A stretch of DNA of 64,000 nucleotides from Novakomyces olei (GCA_016906335.1 JADEYG010000007.1:1426001-1490000); one strand, 5' to 3'. Shown: positions 23,328-34,979, counted from the first letter of the stretch. Notes: generated by a model from the letters alone, not told the origin. Translations and numbers: made by a program.

Positions 23328-26300
23328 CTATACATCGCTGCGCAAAGGCGTGGGAGTCATCGTCATGTGCACTCTCAGCTGCTCCAATTCATGGGCAAAA
23401 TACTCGAGCGCCATAGAGTTACGGTCCCCCACTGGGGAACGCGTCTGATTGTGCTGCAGATCGGATCCGAGCACGCTTTTCCTGTAGCTGTCCATAGACT
23501 TGTCCATTTCGTCGAGGAGGAAGGCAATCCTTTTCTCTGCCTCTACGACTTGATCCTCCAGCTGCTCGTTGCGGACCTGCAACACTCTTGCTGCCTCCCT
23601 GGCACTCGCTAGTTCAGCCTCACCAGACTGCCGGGCCTTTGTGTGAGCGTCGCTGGTATCAATCTGCCTCTGTAGACGGTAGTTTGCCTGCTTCAATCGG
23701 TGAACCTCCTCCTTCATATAGTGCAGAGACTTCTCAGACGTATGGACGTACTTGCGTGCAGCGGAATAGTCGCTTTCCAGTTGGTTCAAACGGTCACGGA
23801 ACAGGTCCGTTGACGACTGCAGCTGCTGCTCCAAATCCTTTGACCTCTCTACCACCTGAGCATACGTCTCTACATCAATTTTGCTGGGCTCAGCAGCACT
23901 TCCATCTCCAGCTTTTTCCTGCCGAGCCAACTGCTCTCTGGCCGCTGCTGGCAGAGGAATACAGTACGACCGATCAAACTGGAGAGTGGAGACTTGCTCT
24001 CGTAAGTCGCCGACAACCATCTCGTACTCTTTTATCTTGCGCCGCATTGCCGCCAGCTCTTCCTTGTGCTGCGTATTCTCTCTCGTCATGTTTGCAAAGG
24101 ACTCTGTCATATCGGCAAAGTACGATCGTGTTGACGAATGGTCTTTGGCAACCGCCCGATGGTCGTCTGCCACCTCTGCAAGCTGCTGCTGCAGCTCTTT
24201 GACTTTTGCCAGAGCCGATCTGTGGTCGAGACGGCCAACTGACACTGAAACTGACCTGCTCTGTGGATCCGTATCCTGCTCAAAACTATACGGATCTTTT
24301 TGGCCTTTTTGGCCTTCTTCTAAGCCTTGTAAGCCTTCCAAGCCTTGTAAGCCTTGCAAGCCTTCCTGGCCTTCTTGAGCAGCCAGCTGGCGAAAGCTCA
24401 TACTGCCAGCGGCTTCAGCGAGGGCAGAAAGGGCAGACGCTTCGCTCTGCCGTAGAGCGGGCATTAGTGCGTCCAGAGCAGAACGTGCGCTCTGCTCTTC
24501 TGCCAGCTGTCGGCCCAGTTCAGCTACTCGCCCGGCAAGGGCGGCACTCTCGGCCCGGGCAGAGGAGCAGAGCGATTCCAGTGCCTCAGCTTTAGCCGTG
24601 GCCGCTCCCATTGCCACTCCAAGGACGCCAATGACTTTGGCGTACTTTGCAAGATGGCCTTTCAGCTGGCTCAACTGCCTTTGCGACTCCTCTGCCTTAA
24701 GCTCCTCTGCCCGGAAAAGCTCTTCTGCTGCCAATCGGCGCTTGAGTTCCTCGTGCGCTTTCAGCTGTGCCCCGTCCACCTGCAAACGCAGATCGCCAAC
24801 CTGCCGGAACGCTGCCTCGCTCAGCAGACTGCCGTCGTCTTTCTCTTGAACCTCATTCTCTCTCGCTTTCTCTCCAACTGGCTCTAAAGCTTGAACTCCA
24901 TCTTTCTCTGAAGCTTTAACTGGCTCTAAAGCTTTCACTGGCTCTAAAGCTTTCACTGAACCTTCTAAAGCTGCCTTTGGCTCTTCTACTGCCTCTACTA
25001 AAGATTTCTCTGGCTCTACTAAAGCTGCCTCTGGCTCTACTGAACCCTCTCCATGGCCAATGCCCCTTTGCTGCAGTAAATGGGTCAGGTGCAGTACTCT
25101 ACGCTCCAGCTCTTGCCTATGGCCACAGGACTCGGCCAGCTTGGCTTCCAATCCCACAACCTCATGGGACAGTGAGGACTGCAATGCGTCTGGGTCGCTT
25201 GCGAGCATCGCGTCTACTTTGGCACGCTGCAAAAGTGCATCGTTGACGGCACTCTCTCTCTCTTTACGTGCGACCCGCATTTCCATCGTCATTTTACGGA
25301 TCCTCAGCTCCATATGCGTCCGCAGCACATCCAGCTGCTTCCTCAGACCCGTCAGCGCACGCTTATACTCGTCGTTGGGCGCTTTTAGCCGTCTGTGCAG
25401 GTCCCTCTCAAACATGGCCAGCGTCCCTGCGTCCAAGGATTTTTGCTGGACCACGTACCCGTTCCGCCGCGCCAGCGCCAGCTCCTCCATCAGCCACTGG
25501 TTTTGTTTTTGCAGCAGTGACTGACGTGACTGCTTTTTTGCCGCTACACTTGCCAAGCCTCCACTATCGGAATCTTGGCTATCGGAGTCTTGGCTAATAG
25601 AATCTTTGCCATCGGAGCCTTTGCTAATAGATCCTTTGCTAATAGAATCTTGGCTAATCGAGCCTTGGCTATCGGAGCCTTCGCTAATAGTGTCCTCGTT
25701 AAACGCGTCTTGATTGTAACTGTCCTTATTGTAACTGTCCCTATTGAAACTGTCCTTATTGTAACTGTCCCAATTGTGACTGTCCATATTATAACTGCTG
25801 CTCTCACTGTCGTCTATAGACGACCTCGAGGCCGAATTAGGCTTTGCCTTTGCCGCCTCCTTGTGCCGAAAGCGCATCGCCAGCTCCCGCGCATCATGCA
25901 CTTTGGGTCTGCCCGACTGAGCCGCCAGCTGATCTGCTCGGCCACGCGACACGTTCCTTATCAGCGCCTCACTAGGGCGGCGCTCAGAGGCCGTATACTG
26001 CATGGGAGGATTAAAGCTTCTCCTCCATAAAGAATGGCCTTTGCCAGTCTGCTTCTGATCGGGATCAGACTCTGAGGCATCGCCGCTTTCCTCTATAAAC
26101 TGAGGCTCCTCTCTGTCTTCCTCTTCTTGTTCTCCTTGTCCTTTTTGTGTACCTTTTTGTAAACCTTCTTGTTCTCGTTCTTGTCCTTGCTGTCCTTTTC
26201 CTTGTTGTTGTCCTTTTCCTTGTTGTTGTCCTTGTATACCTTCTCCCAATACTTGCGTCCCTGTCTGAGCCAGTTCATCCGGCTGCTGCTCACCCACACC

Positions 26301-28859
26301 TCCGTGAATGAGGTCAGCACTACTGTCCACCGAATCTGCCGGTGCTTCTTGAAACCTTTCAGTGCCAATTCCACCCGCGGCCGCCTCAGTACCTGATCGA
26401 CGATGCATCCAGCCTTGCTCAGATTCGGGAAATGGCCTTTCACCATTCTGTAGCGTTTCCCCATTCTGTAGTGCTCCTGTGCCCTGTTGAGGTGAGTCTA
26501 GAAGCATTCCTCCTTCTCCTTCTCCTTCTCCTTCTCCTTCTTCTTCTTTTTCCGGCTGCTCGTCCTGTTGGTCTCCAAATTTCTCTTGCCTTTCCTTTGC
26601 CTCTTGCTCATTCTCTTTCCCTCTCCCTTGCTCCCCACGAACAAGCCGCGGTAAGGGCCGACGGGAGGGAGCGTCTACTGCTCGAGGCGAGGCTCCAATG
26701 GCTGGGGATGAGTGTAAAAGTGCACTGCCAGCCAATACTGAATCCGGTTCGTCTACAGCAGGGGCTCGAGCAGTAGGAGGCGGAGGCGATTTGCCTGTGC
26801 GCAGAGGCAGAGTGCTTATAGGCGACCGAAGCAAGTTTGCATTTTTCGGCAGCTTATCAGCAAATGTGCCTCCTCGTCCAGAGCCGCCCAAAGGCACACG
26901 GGCCTTGGAGCCCTCATCTGTGGCCAAAGGGACCTCTTTTACGGGCGATCCAAGTAGTGACTGCAAAGAGTTTGACTGCAAAGAATGTGTCTCTGGCTGT
27001 GACTCTGGCTCTCGACTACTCTGAGCCGGCAGACTCTGAGCCGGCAGACTCTGAGCCGGCAGAGGCCGTACTGCTTGAGGGCTATTATTAACGCTATTCA
27101 TGTTCCCCTTTTGCACAGAATGATTCCGGGTTCGATTCAGCAACTGCGCAGTATCAATGTAGCACGAGCACACTGTATCCCTGTCAGAGCCAATAGACCC
27201 TTCTCCACCCAAGACGACAATCCTTTTCCCCACAGAAGCGAGTCTATGACCGGAGCGAGCACTCGGCGGCCGACCTGCAGCTGCCGACAAATCCCACCAG
27301 ACTGCCCTGTCCAAGTCAAGGGCAAACAGCGCTCCTAGATCCTCGCCATCCTGCCCTCGGCCTCCAAATATATACATGGCATCTCCCACAGAGCAGGCAG
27401 CATGGCCCTCACGAGCGGGAGGCTGAGCTCCGGTGCAAGCTACCCTTGTCCACGTATACGTAGCCAGATCAAACGACCATACATCGTTGAACCAAGCCTG
27501 GCCGTCAGTGCCGCCATGGACAATAAGCTTGCTGCCGGCAGTTATGGCTGAATGGTTAGTCCTGGGCGCTGGCCGTCTTGCTCCAGCATCGATCCACTCC
27601 CAATGGGAGTTTGGTCGATTAAGGCCATTCAGATCGAGCAAAGCGAGGTCGTTGAAGAACAACTCTTCACACTGGCCACCAAAGACGACTACACTTGTGC
27701 CCAGCAGGCAGAGACTGTGGCCGTAGCGTCCAGAGGGCATTTGCCCACTGACACGTGCACGCTGCCATACAAACGAGTTTACATTCAGCAGGTAGAGGCA
27801 GTTGTCGTTTGCCTCCTGCGCAGAAGATTTCGTATCTCCCCCATATACAATAAAGGCATTGCCTACGAGCAGAGCGGAATGGCCTACACGTGGAGAGGGG
27901 ACTGCCCCAGACGTTTCTATAAGCGCTGCTCGCGCTTTCAATCCATCAACCAGCCAGAGCTCGTTAGTAGCATCCTCACCAACGAGGCCTCCAAACACGT
28001 AAAGCTCTCCGTCACGTCCAGCCGTGGCATTTCCCGCATGGCCGTACCGTGGGAAGGGGTTGGCCGTGTGGGAAAATTCGGTCCTTGTCCATACCTGAGG
28101 CCCATCAGGTTTGCCGAAAGGAGTAGAGTGGATTCTCTGTGAGCGAGGGGCAACAGCAGAAGAGGGGGGAGGAACAGACGGAGGAACAGACGGAGGAGCA
28201 GTTGTAGGAGGACCGGGAGATGACGCAAAAGGTCCCTGAAAGCTGTACTCCGCTGGACGAAAGCTTGCATGATCAGTGCTCCTATTTTCTGGCCTAAAAG
28301 AACCGCTCCCTCGCCGCTGGTCCAGCCGTGTCCCTATTTTACTGCCAATCTTATCGTCCAGCTGATCAGCACCGTGTTGCAGGTAAGGGTTCGTGGCAAA
28401 TACACGATCGATACCGTCCTGGTCCCGAACAATACGTGGAGGCGAGGGCGAATTGCCCGACGAAAAGGCTCGGCGAGGTAGATTCGATGCCTGTGGTAAA
28501 GGCCGGGGCAGAGACGAGCCCTGTGGAGCACCGCCAGGCGCCTGAGAAGGCGGCCGTCTAGCGGTGGAAGGCTGAGCTGCTGTTAAATCTGACACTGAGC
28601 GTTTAGGAACGTTTAGCAAAGAAGACAAAGAAGCGTTAGGAGTAGAAGTTTTAGCAGAAGCGTTAGCAGAAGAAGCTTTAGTAGAAGCGTTGGGAGTAGA
28701 GGCAATATTGTTTGTGGCGGCAGTAGGGCTCACGCGACCTGGAGACGGTGTACTGTTGCCGCTCGATTGAGCATTCGGGTTTCCACGAGTCTTTTGCTTA
28801 CTCGAACTCGATCCACCAGACGCCTGGCGTTCCTTTTTCGATTTGAAAAGGAACGCCAT
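23328..28859 (-). CDS. Kelch-repeat cell-polarity protein with C-terminal coiled coil (Kel1/Tea1-like)
   Basis: MAFLFKSKK start; kelch repeats PFPRYGHA, PSPRVGHSALLVGNAFIVYGGDT, PSGRYGHS, PAPRTNHS, PPAREGHAA; C-terminal RLNQLESDY and AEKRIAFLLDEM. Confidence 0.88.
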   Translation of the reverse strand: MAFLFKSKKERQASGGSSSSKQKTRGNPNAQSSGNSTPSPGRVSPTAATNNIASTPNASTKASSANASAKTSTPNASLSSLLNVPKRSVSDLTAAQPSTARRPPSQAPGGAPQGSSLPRPLPQASNLPRRAFSSGNSPSPPRIVRDQDGIDRVFATNPYLQHGADQLDDKIGSKIGTRLDQRRGSGSFRPENRSTDHASFRPAEYSFQGPFASSPGPPTTAPPSVPPSVPPPSSAVAPRSQRIHSTPFGKPDGPQVWTRTEFSHTANPFPRYGHAGNATAGRDGELYVFGGLVGEDATNELWLVDGLKARAALIETSGAVPSPRVGHSALLVGNAFIVYGGDTKSSAQEANDNCLYLLNVNSFVWQRARVSGQMPSGRYGHSLCLLGTSVVVFGGQCEELFFNDLALLDLNGLNRPNSHWEWIDAGARRPAPRTNHSAITAGSKLIVHGGTDGQAWFNDVWSFDLATYTWTRVACTGAQPPAREGHAACSVGDAMYIFGGRGQDGEDLGALFALDLDRAVWWDLSAAAGRPPSARSGHRLASVGKRIVVLGGEGSIGSDRDTVCSCYIDTAQLLNRTRNHSVQKGNMNSVNNSPQAVRPLPAQSLPAQSLPAQSSREPESQPETHSLQSNSLQSLLGSPVKEVPLATDEGSKARVPLGGSGRGGTFADKLPKNANLLRSPISTLPLRTGKSPPPPTARAPAVDEPDSVLAGSALLHSSPAIGASPRAVDAPSRRPLPRLVRGEQGRGKENEQEAKERQEKFGDQQDEQPEKEEEGEGEGEGEGGMLLDSPQQGTGALQNGETLQNGERPFPESEQGWMHRRSGTEAAAGGIGTERFQEAPADSVDSSADLIHGGVGEQQPDELAQTGTQVLGEGIQGQQQGKGQQQGKGQQGQEREQEGLQKGTQKGQGEQEEEDREEPQFIEESGDASESDPDQKQTGKGHSLWRRSFNPPMQYTASERRPSEALIRNVSRGRADQLAAQSGRPKVHDARELAMRFRHKEAAKAKPNSASRSSIDDSESSSYNMDSHNWDSYNKDSFNRDSYNKDSYNQDAFNEDTISEGSDSQGSISQDSISKGSISKGSDGKDSISQDSDSQDSDSGGLASVAAKKQSRQSLLQKQNQWLMEELALARRNGYVVQQKSLDAGTLAMFERDLHRRLKAPNDEYKRALTGLRKQLDVLRTHMELRIRKMTMEMRVARKERESAVNDALLQRAKVDAMLASDPDALQSSLSHEVVGLEAKLAESCGHRQELERRVLHLTHLLQQRGIGHGEGSVEPEAALVEPEKSLVEAVEEPKAALEGSVKALEPVKALEPVKASEKDGVQALEPVGEKARENEVQEKDDGSLLSEAAFRQVGDLRLQVDGAQLKAHEELKRRLAAEELFRAEELKAEESQRQLSQLKGHLAKYAKVIGVLGVAMGAATAKAEALESLCSSARAESAALAGRVAELGRQLAEEQSARSALDALMPALRQSEASALSALAEAAGSMSFRQLAAQEGQEGLQGLQGLEGLQGLEEGQKGQKDPYSFEQDTDPQSRSVSVSVGRLDHRSALAKVKELQQQLAEVADDHRAVAKDHSSTRSYFADMTESFANMTRENTQHKEELAAMRRKIKEYEMVVGDLREQVSTLQFDRSYCIPLPAAAREQLARQEKAGDGSAAEPSKIDVETYAQVVERSKDLEQQLQSSTDLFRDRLNQLESDYSAARKYVHTSEKSLHYMKEEVHRLKQANYRLQRQIDTSDAHTKARQSGEAELASAREAARVLQVRNEQLEDQVVEAEKRIAFLLDEMDKSMDSYRKSVLGSDLQHNQTRSPVGDRNSMALEYFAHELEQLRVHMTMTPTPLRSDV

Positions 28860-30312
28860 TATTGCCTGCCTCGTGTGCTACGCGAAAACGATACGCGTAA
28901 AGGGCGTGTCGCTCGATACTCGGCCGTGTTTGGCCGAATTTCTGGCAGGATAATTATAGAGCCAAACAGAGCGCCAAAACTGCTGGAAGAAGCATTCAAG
29001 GGGACACGTGTAAAAAGCGCGTTCGAGATCCGTCTTGCAAGCCTGAACCGCTAAACAAGTAAAATCCACAGCCACAAGTCTTGGCCCAGCGCTGCGTTCC
29101 GTACCGTATATATAGAGATCTAGACGCGTACCATACGAATTCACGTTGCCGTGCCTTGTGTCTGGCGAGCAATTGGTACAGTGATTCTGCGGGATACACG
29201 CAGCGTGTCCGTCCTCGCAAGAAGCAAAAGGCCGTACGTGACTGTGGTCAGACTAATGTACAATTGACCCGCGATTCTTTTGCAAAGCCAACACGGCACC
29301 CACGTCGTGTGTCCTGCCCTGGCAAGTATTATTATTTACAAGTACACACAGTATGACTTGACTAGTAAGTGTTCGGTATGACTTGACTTGTGCGCTGTAA
29401 ACTAGCGGAATTTTTATACGGGGATAATGCTCTTTACTAACCCAAATGTACTATAATTGCCTTTGTAAAAGTCTGGGAATTCGTTCGTTGCGACTAAGCG
29501 TACAGCCACAAATTGCCAAAAATTGCCACACCGTAGTCCAATGAAATCGAGACTTCACCCGCAAAGACCGATCTGAATTGGGCTTTTAATAAACGAGCAG
29601 TAGACACATGGATAGAGATACGGACTCGTGTTTTTTGGCCAACGTTTTTTGCCAGCGTTTTTTGGCCAACGTTTCACCAGCACAAGTATAAGGACCCACA
29701 CGTTTAAACTATTTGCTGGAATATGAACCTATTATCCCTCTGTTTACTTTCTTCCAAATTCAGATACATCTATCGTGCGTGTCTGTTCTTGACTTTATAC
29801 TAGATCTTTGTTTGATGATACATTATTGTTTAATATAGCTCACGTGGATTCCTTGGTGATATGATAATCAATACATGGAGGAATAGTATGTGGGATAATT
29901 CACATATATAATAATAAGGCTGAGATATAGGTGGGGCCAGGGTTAGGGTTAGTCCACTAAGTCTGAAATAGGGTCAGGCAAAAACGCGTTTCAGGCGGCG
30001 GGACTTACTATTGTATTGCCGTTAGCCATTGCTTCAGCTAAAGTGACATTATGGTAAATTTTTGATTCTTGTATATTCAACTCTTTCTCAGTATAATACT
30101 GATTTTCACTGGAATGAACTTGATAATAAATGAAATATATGAATATGTTCTTCGGCTAACCAAAACTTAAAGGTATTGTGCAAAAATGTACAGTGCCTTT
30201 CCGTTTTCCTTAAACATTTATGCGGAAAAGGCAGACACCAATTGTTAAAATCATTTGCCTCGAAGTCAATACATTTGAATAATTAAATCAAATAACACTT
30301 TAAAAAAAACGT

Positions 30313-30322
30313 GTCACGTGAC
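30313..30322. promoter_or_regulatory. Perfect GTCACGTGAC E-box (Cbf1-type bHLH site)
   Basis: 10-bp palindrome about 105 bp upstream of the kinase pseudogene ATG. Confidence 0.45.
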
Positions 30323-30427
30323 CATGTAGCAATTTTGTTTAATTTACACAGTCAAAACGCGAATTAATATAGACAAACTATATAATATCGTTGTTTGACT
30401 GATAAAGCGAAAGCGCATTTTTGCACT

Positions 30428-31982
30428 ATGAGCAGCACGAACCCGGAGCTTTTAATAGAGAAAAAAGAGCTGCTTGGCTCTGGCAGCTTCGGTGCCGTCC
30501 ACAGGGGGTGAGGCGGTAATTGCATATTAAACTTGCCCTATAGCTAACGTGTTTAGCATTGACCTTAGGACGAACACAGCTGTAGCCATAAAGATAATTA
30601 ATTTTGAGGCAGCAGACGATGAAACGTAGGAGTTTGCATTGGAAGTGCAAATTCTTGCTCAGCTGTCTGCCGGAAACTTTACAAGTTTTAAGATGGCTTT
30701 AACCCAATTCTAACATTAGATACTATGGCAGTTTTATAAAAGGCACGGAAGTATGGGTTTGTATATTGTATTGGATAAAGACTAACTAAAGATCGTCATG
30801 GAGTTTTGTCGCGGGGGATCCTGCCTCGATATTGTATGTGCCTTGTGAGCTTCGTGGCTGTCCGATAGCTAAAGGTCTTTACTGTCATTGCAGAAGAGCA
30901 CATTGCTGATACAATGCGGGACGTGCTCTTGGGCCTACAGTATCTGCACTGTGAGGGAAACTGCACCGCAACATAAAAGGCGGGCTTTTTTCCAGACCGC
31001 GGTACTAATAACAGCGGTAAATATATTATTAATAGAGCAAGGAACAGCTAAATTGGCTGATTTTGGTGTTTCTGGCCAATTGTCTGCGACTTTTGACATG
31101 AAAAACACGTTTGCTTGGTACTCCGTTCTGGACGGCTCTCGAGGTTATTCTCCAATCGGGCCACAGTGAGAAAGCCGATATCTGGTCTCTCGGGATCACA
31201 GCAATTGAGCTGGCGCTAGGTGCTCCTCCGCTCGCAGACAAGCATCCTATGAAGGCACTGTTTTTAATTCCCAAGCAGCCGCCTCCTCGGCTGCCCCAGA
31301 ACTTCTCGTCCAGCTTTCAGAATTTTGTCGCTCAGTGCCTGGCTCGCAACCCAAGGTACCGTCCATCTGCTGCACAGCTTTTAAAGCGCAAATTTGTCTC
31401 ACGAGTGAGAAAATCTGCAAATTTGGCTGAACTAGTACAATCTTTTTTGGCCTGGCATAGTCGCTATGGCTTTGTAGGTCACAAATAGCGAAAAAGGAGC
31501 CAAAAGCGGGTGAAAGATGGCAGTTTTGATCCCCATACAGCAGATGATTTATGGGATTTTGGTACAGTGAGTAATGGAAACACTGCACGAAGTCCCGTAA
31601 TGCCTACACCTGCCCTTGAACTTGATGATGAGTTGGACACCTACAAATCTCCGAGAATACCACAATAAAGCCTGCATACACCGAGCAGCCAAAAGCTATA
31701 GACGCTTAAAATAGTGCAACGACGGTTACTGGCTTGAATAAGGGAAAAGATACCAAAGAAAGTAAACTTAAAGTTGCTGAACGGACAAGTGACGACTGGC
31801 TATCGCTCTCAGAACCAACTTTTCATTTAGATAAGCGCGACCGTCTGCTCGAGACACTAAAGCGCTTGCGGCAAAGTGAGGATACAAAGGTTTTGCACGC
31901 TGTTCAATTGCTTGCTGATGCCATAAATGCAAGTGACAGAGAGTGCCCTAATATTTTAACGCGTTTGCTCCGCGATGTGTAG
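30428..31982 (+). pseudogene. Ste20/GCK-III family kinase pseudogene (MST3/Sps1/Sid1-like), intron-containing
   Basis: Motifs LGSGSFGAV, VAIKII, YYGSF..WIVMEFCRGGSC, KLADFGVSGQL, GTPFW, KADIWSLGITAIELA, WDFGTV. Lesions: TAG 30627-30629, -1 frameshift near 30960, HRD>HRN, +1 frameshift near 31115, MAPE>TALE, TAG 31486-31488. Confidence 0.88.
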
Positions 31983-32442
31983 AGAGGTTCAACATCCAGG
32001 TTAGATTGTGGCGTTTTTATAAAGTTTTATGTTCCATGCGCAAGTGATTATTTGTGGCTTATTCAAGAGTGGATTTAGTAGAACGTGGAGATCTTGACGA
32101 GATCAATATGGCCGTTTGCACGCCGTGTGGAAAAGAAGGTTAAAAGAGAGCCGTAGCTTACTATTCAGATAGTCGTGGTACTTCTTTCTAAATACAATAT
32201 GTGAAAAATGACTAAAATTAATCAAACTTGTATTTCGATAACCCTATTAACGCTCTTAACGGCAAAATGCGATAAATACATACGATAGACCTTTGAAATA
32301 AAATGCTTGTGCTCTTATGATATGCAGGGCATTACAACTCTGCCCGCCAAGTAGTCTTCATCCTCCCATCATTCACTGTCGCTTGCGCTTTCTTGTTCGC
32401 TCGGAGCGAGGGCTCCGAGGGGAAAAACGTGGCTTTGTTCCC

Positions 32443-33560
32443 TTATCTTTTTCTGGTCATTGTCATGTCCGGTCGAAGGGTTATGTGCTCCTCGCCAGCC
32501 AGCATCCTATCTGTCTGAGCTAACAGGGAACTAAACCAATCCAAAATAGTAGGGACGTTCATTTGAGCAAGACACGGAAAAGTCTCTTGCGAAAAACCTC
32601 CAATCCTCAAAATGCCTTCCTTGTTCGAATCACGACAATCATACTCCTCCCATTCGGGACGCGGGTGTCGGGAACTTGCATCCAGCCCCAAGTCAAAGTA
32701 CAGAGTAAAAAGAGCTCGCGGCCCCCTATCCTCGCCCTCTGCAATATCGAAGATCCGAGGTCCGACTGCGCGTTTTCGCTCAGCAGGGCCTCTTCTTACT
32801 TTGACTCTCCATGCAATAAATGCCATCGACTTGCACGCTAGCCCTTCTTCTTCATCGCTATCGTTATCGCTATCGTCATCTCCGACTTCCATCTTCATCC
32901 ATCCAGATTTCCCAATAAAAACAGGAATAATACCATCGATTCCAGTCTGTGAATTGCCCGTCTGTACTCCTGCACTTCGCTTCCAGCACGACCATAGAAA
33001 TGCCGACGACATTTCCACAATTTCGGATTCACAGAACGCAAAATGAGTCAAGTTGATGTGTCCGTCGTCTAGTGGAATCGAAGTCATGTCCTTTGAAAGT
33101 CGACCCATATTGTCCTGCCCTATTAAGCTATTAAGAAAGGTCCCGATCGTCACTGTAGTCAAGCTTGTACTTGATAGACTTTCTTTAGAAAGACAACAGT
33201 CAACCGCAATGAGCATTATTATTCGTGCTATGAAATCCCCAATTCCACCCTTGGAGCAATTCGGATCTGGATCCAACACATTACGCAACGCGTTAATTGC
33301 AATGTCCCATCCAGATCCAATGCGTCCTGCATAGCGTTGAACCAGCATGTTGCGCGACGCAATTGCTATTGGCTGGAGCTAAGCGTGGAGAAATCACTTG
33401 AGCGCGAGCTACTCTGTGCGCTGGAGAAACCGTCCATGCTCATATGACTGTGCGAAAGCAGTACGGATTCGATGAGATCGAGAACTTCAAGCAGTCATGT
33501 GCAGGACAAGACGGTGGTGTAAGAGTAGACTCGAGCTGGCCGAGCCTGGATTTCACTGAG
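32443..33560 (-). pseudogene. Truncated Crinkler-type/REase-fold family gene: 301-codon ORF 32443-33348 plus decayed upstream part
   Basis: KGGIGDFIARIIMLIAVD, INLTHF, WKRSAGVQTGNSQTGIDGIIPVF..AFIAWRVK in the ORF. Upstream frames hold broken HRLVL, SHM and *LQPIAIA remnants. Confidence 0.55.
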
Positions 33561-34695
33561 TCAGCTACCGCCGTTAATAAGTTCACTGTACAAAGTGCAT
33601 CAAAAAAAGTCGCGCAGACAAAGCCTGAATTTATAGATAGAATCACCGCCTCCAAATGCCTTGGAATTCGCAACCTTATCTATGAGGCAATATTCGATAA
33701 GGCCATACTCCTTATCATTAACTCAATCCAATAGTAGTTTATGCCCTTGAGGCCCTTTAAACTACTAATATAAAGGGATTTCTATGCATTTTGACGCTCA
33801 AAGGGAACGAAAGGACCTCTCCCTTTCGTCCCGCCGTCGATGTATAAAGGGGTCATTGTCTTGTAGTTTAGTATAGTTTCTGATATTAATCTCGGCTCTG
33901 CTATTCTTCTCAGACGCCGCTATCCTATAAGGCTTCGCCTGTATTGCGATAACGCGCTGCTTTTGTTCCATTTCGATAAGGACTGGATAATTATTAGGTA
34001 ACTTAAATCAAGTATTGTTGGGGTCCTAACAGGCCAAATTCTATATATTTGTAATGTGATTCTTATTAAGTAGAAATCCAGTCTGGGGTTCGTGATTCCT
34101 TTACACCATAATGGAAAATAATTATATATATTTATAGGTTTTGGGGAATAGAAAACAAAGAGGATGGTAGTAACTGATATATGTATGTTTGCGAATGATG
34201 AACAAAATGTTCTTAATACAAATCGGATCAACTATATAATTAAACAGCATACGTCGAAAAACTGGAGTTACATCGATCAAATGCTAGATATTTTATTTGT
34301 AGTTCACCTGACCTCTGCAAATTAGCCTGGTTATTCACTCGACATATAAATTTACAAATCTGTGTTAAGTGTTATTGCAAGTACCCAAAGGAAATGCTGC
34401 CTTGCTTCCTATATAGGCAATAATTGCCTCTTACCTTGTACAAGGACAACGCTTTGCTCCTTGTGATAAGGCCTTGTCCATTGTTCTCAAGAGAATACCT
34501 TGTTATCCCGTTATCCCGTTCACTTTGTTCTTTGTTGTTCTCATAGTACAAATGGATGACTCTGACCCCCTTGAGGGCAGAGTAGTTAATTCTTGAACTG
34601 ATTTTATTACTATCGTACCCTTGCCTCGCTCAGCGCGCGATCACGAAGATCAACGCTAACAGTTTTAGTGTTGTAGACGGCGTTATTGTATAATG

Positions 34696-34847
34696 GTGTT
34701 ATAGTGTTATAGTGTTATAGTGTTATAGTGTTATAGTGTTATAGTGTTATAGTGTTATAGTGTTATAGTGTTATAGTGTTATAGTGTTATAGTGTTATAG
34801 TGTTATAGTGTTATAGTGTTATAGTGTTATAGTGTTATAGTGTTATA
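34696..34847. repeat. (GTGTTATA) x19 upstream of NIPSNAP
   Basis: Perfect 8-mer array. Confidence 0.95.
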
Positions 34848-34979
34848 TAGGTAATTATAAGGAGTGTGTACCTACTGCCTTTACCCCGCGTCACACATCG
34901 AGGCGCGCCCTATTGCACATCGCCTTCAGTCCTCGGCTGTGGCAGTTCCAATTGGATACAGAACCGACTCTGGTAAATA

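Noticed and set aside
30627..30629. Premature TAG restorable by A-to-I editing (TAG>TGG) or a reassigned stop codon
   Set aside because: The position corresponds to an acidic/polar residue, not Trp; the gene also has frameshifts and catalytic substitutions; TAG ends intact genes elsewhere in the window.
33803..33832. 11-bp GC-rich hairpin as a Helitron end or ribozyme
   Set aside because: No CTRR terminus at the expected distance and no hammerhead core; an isolated stem only.
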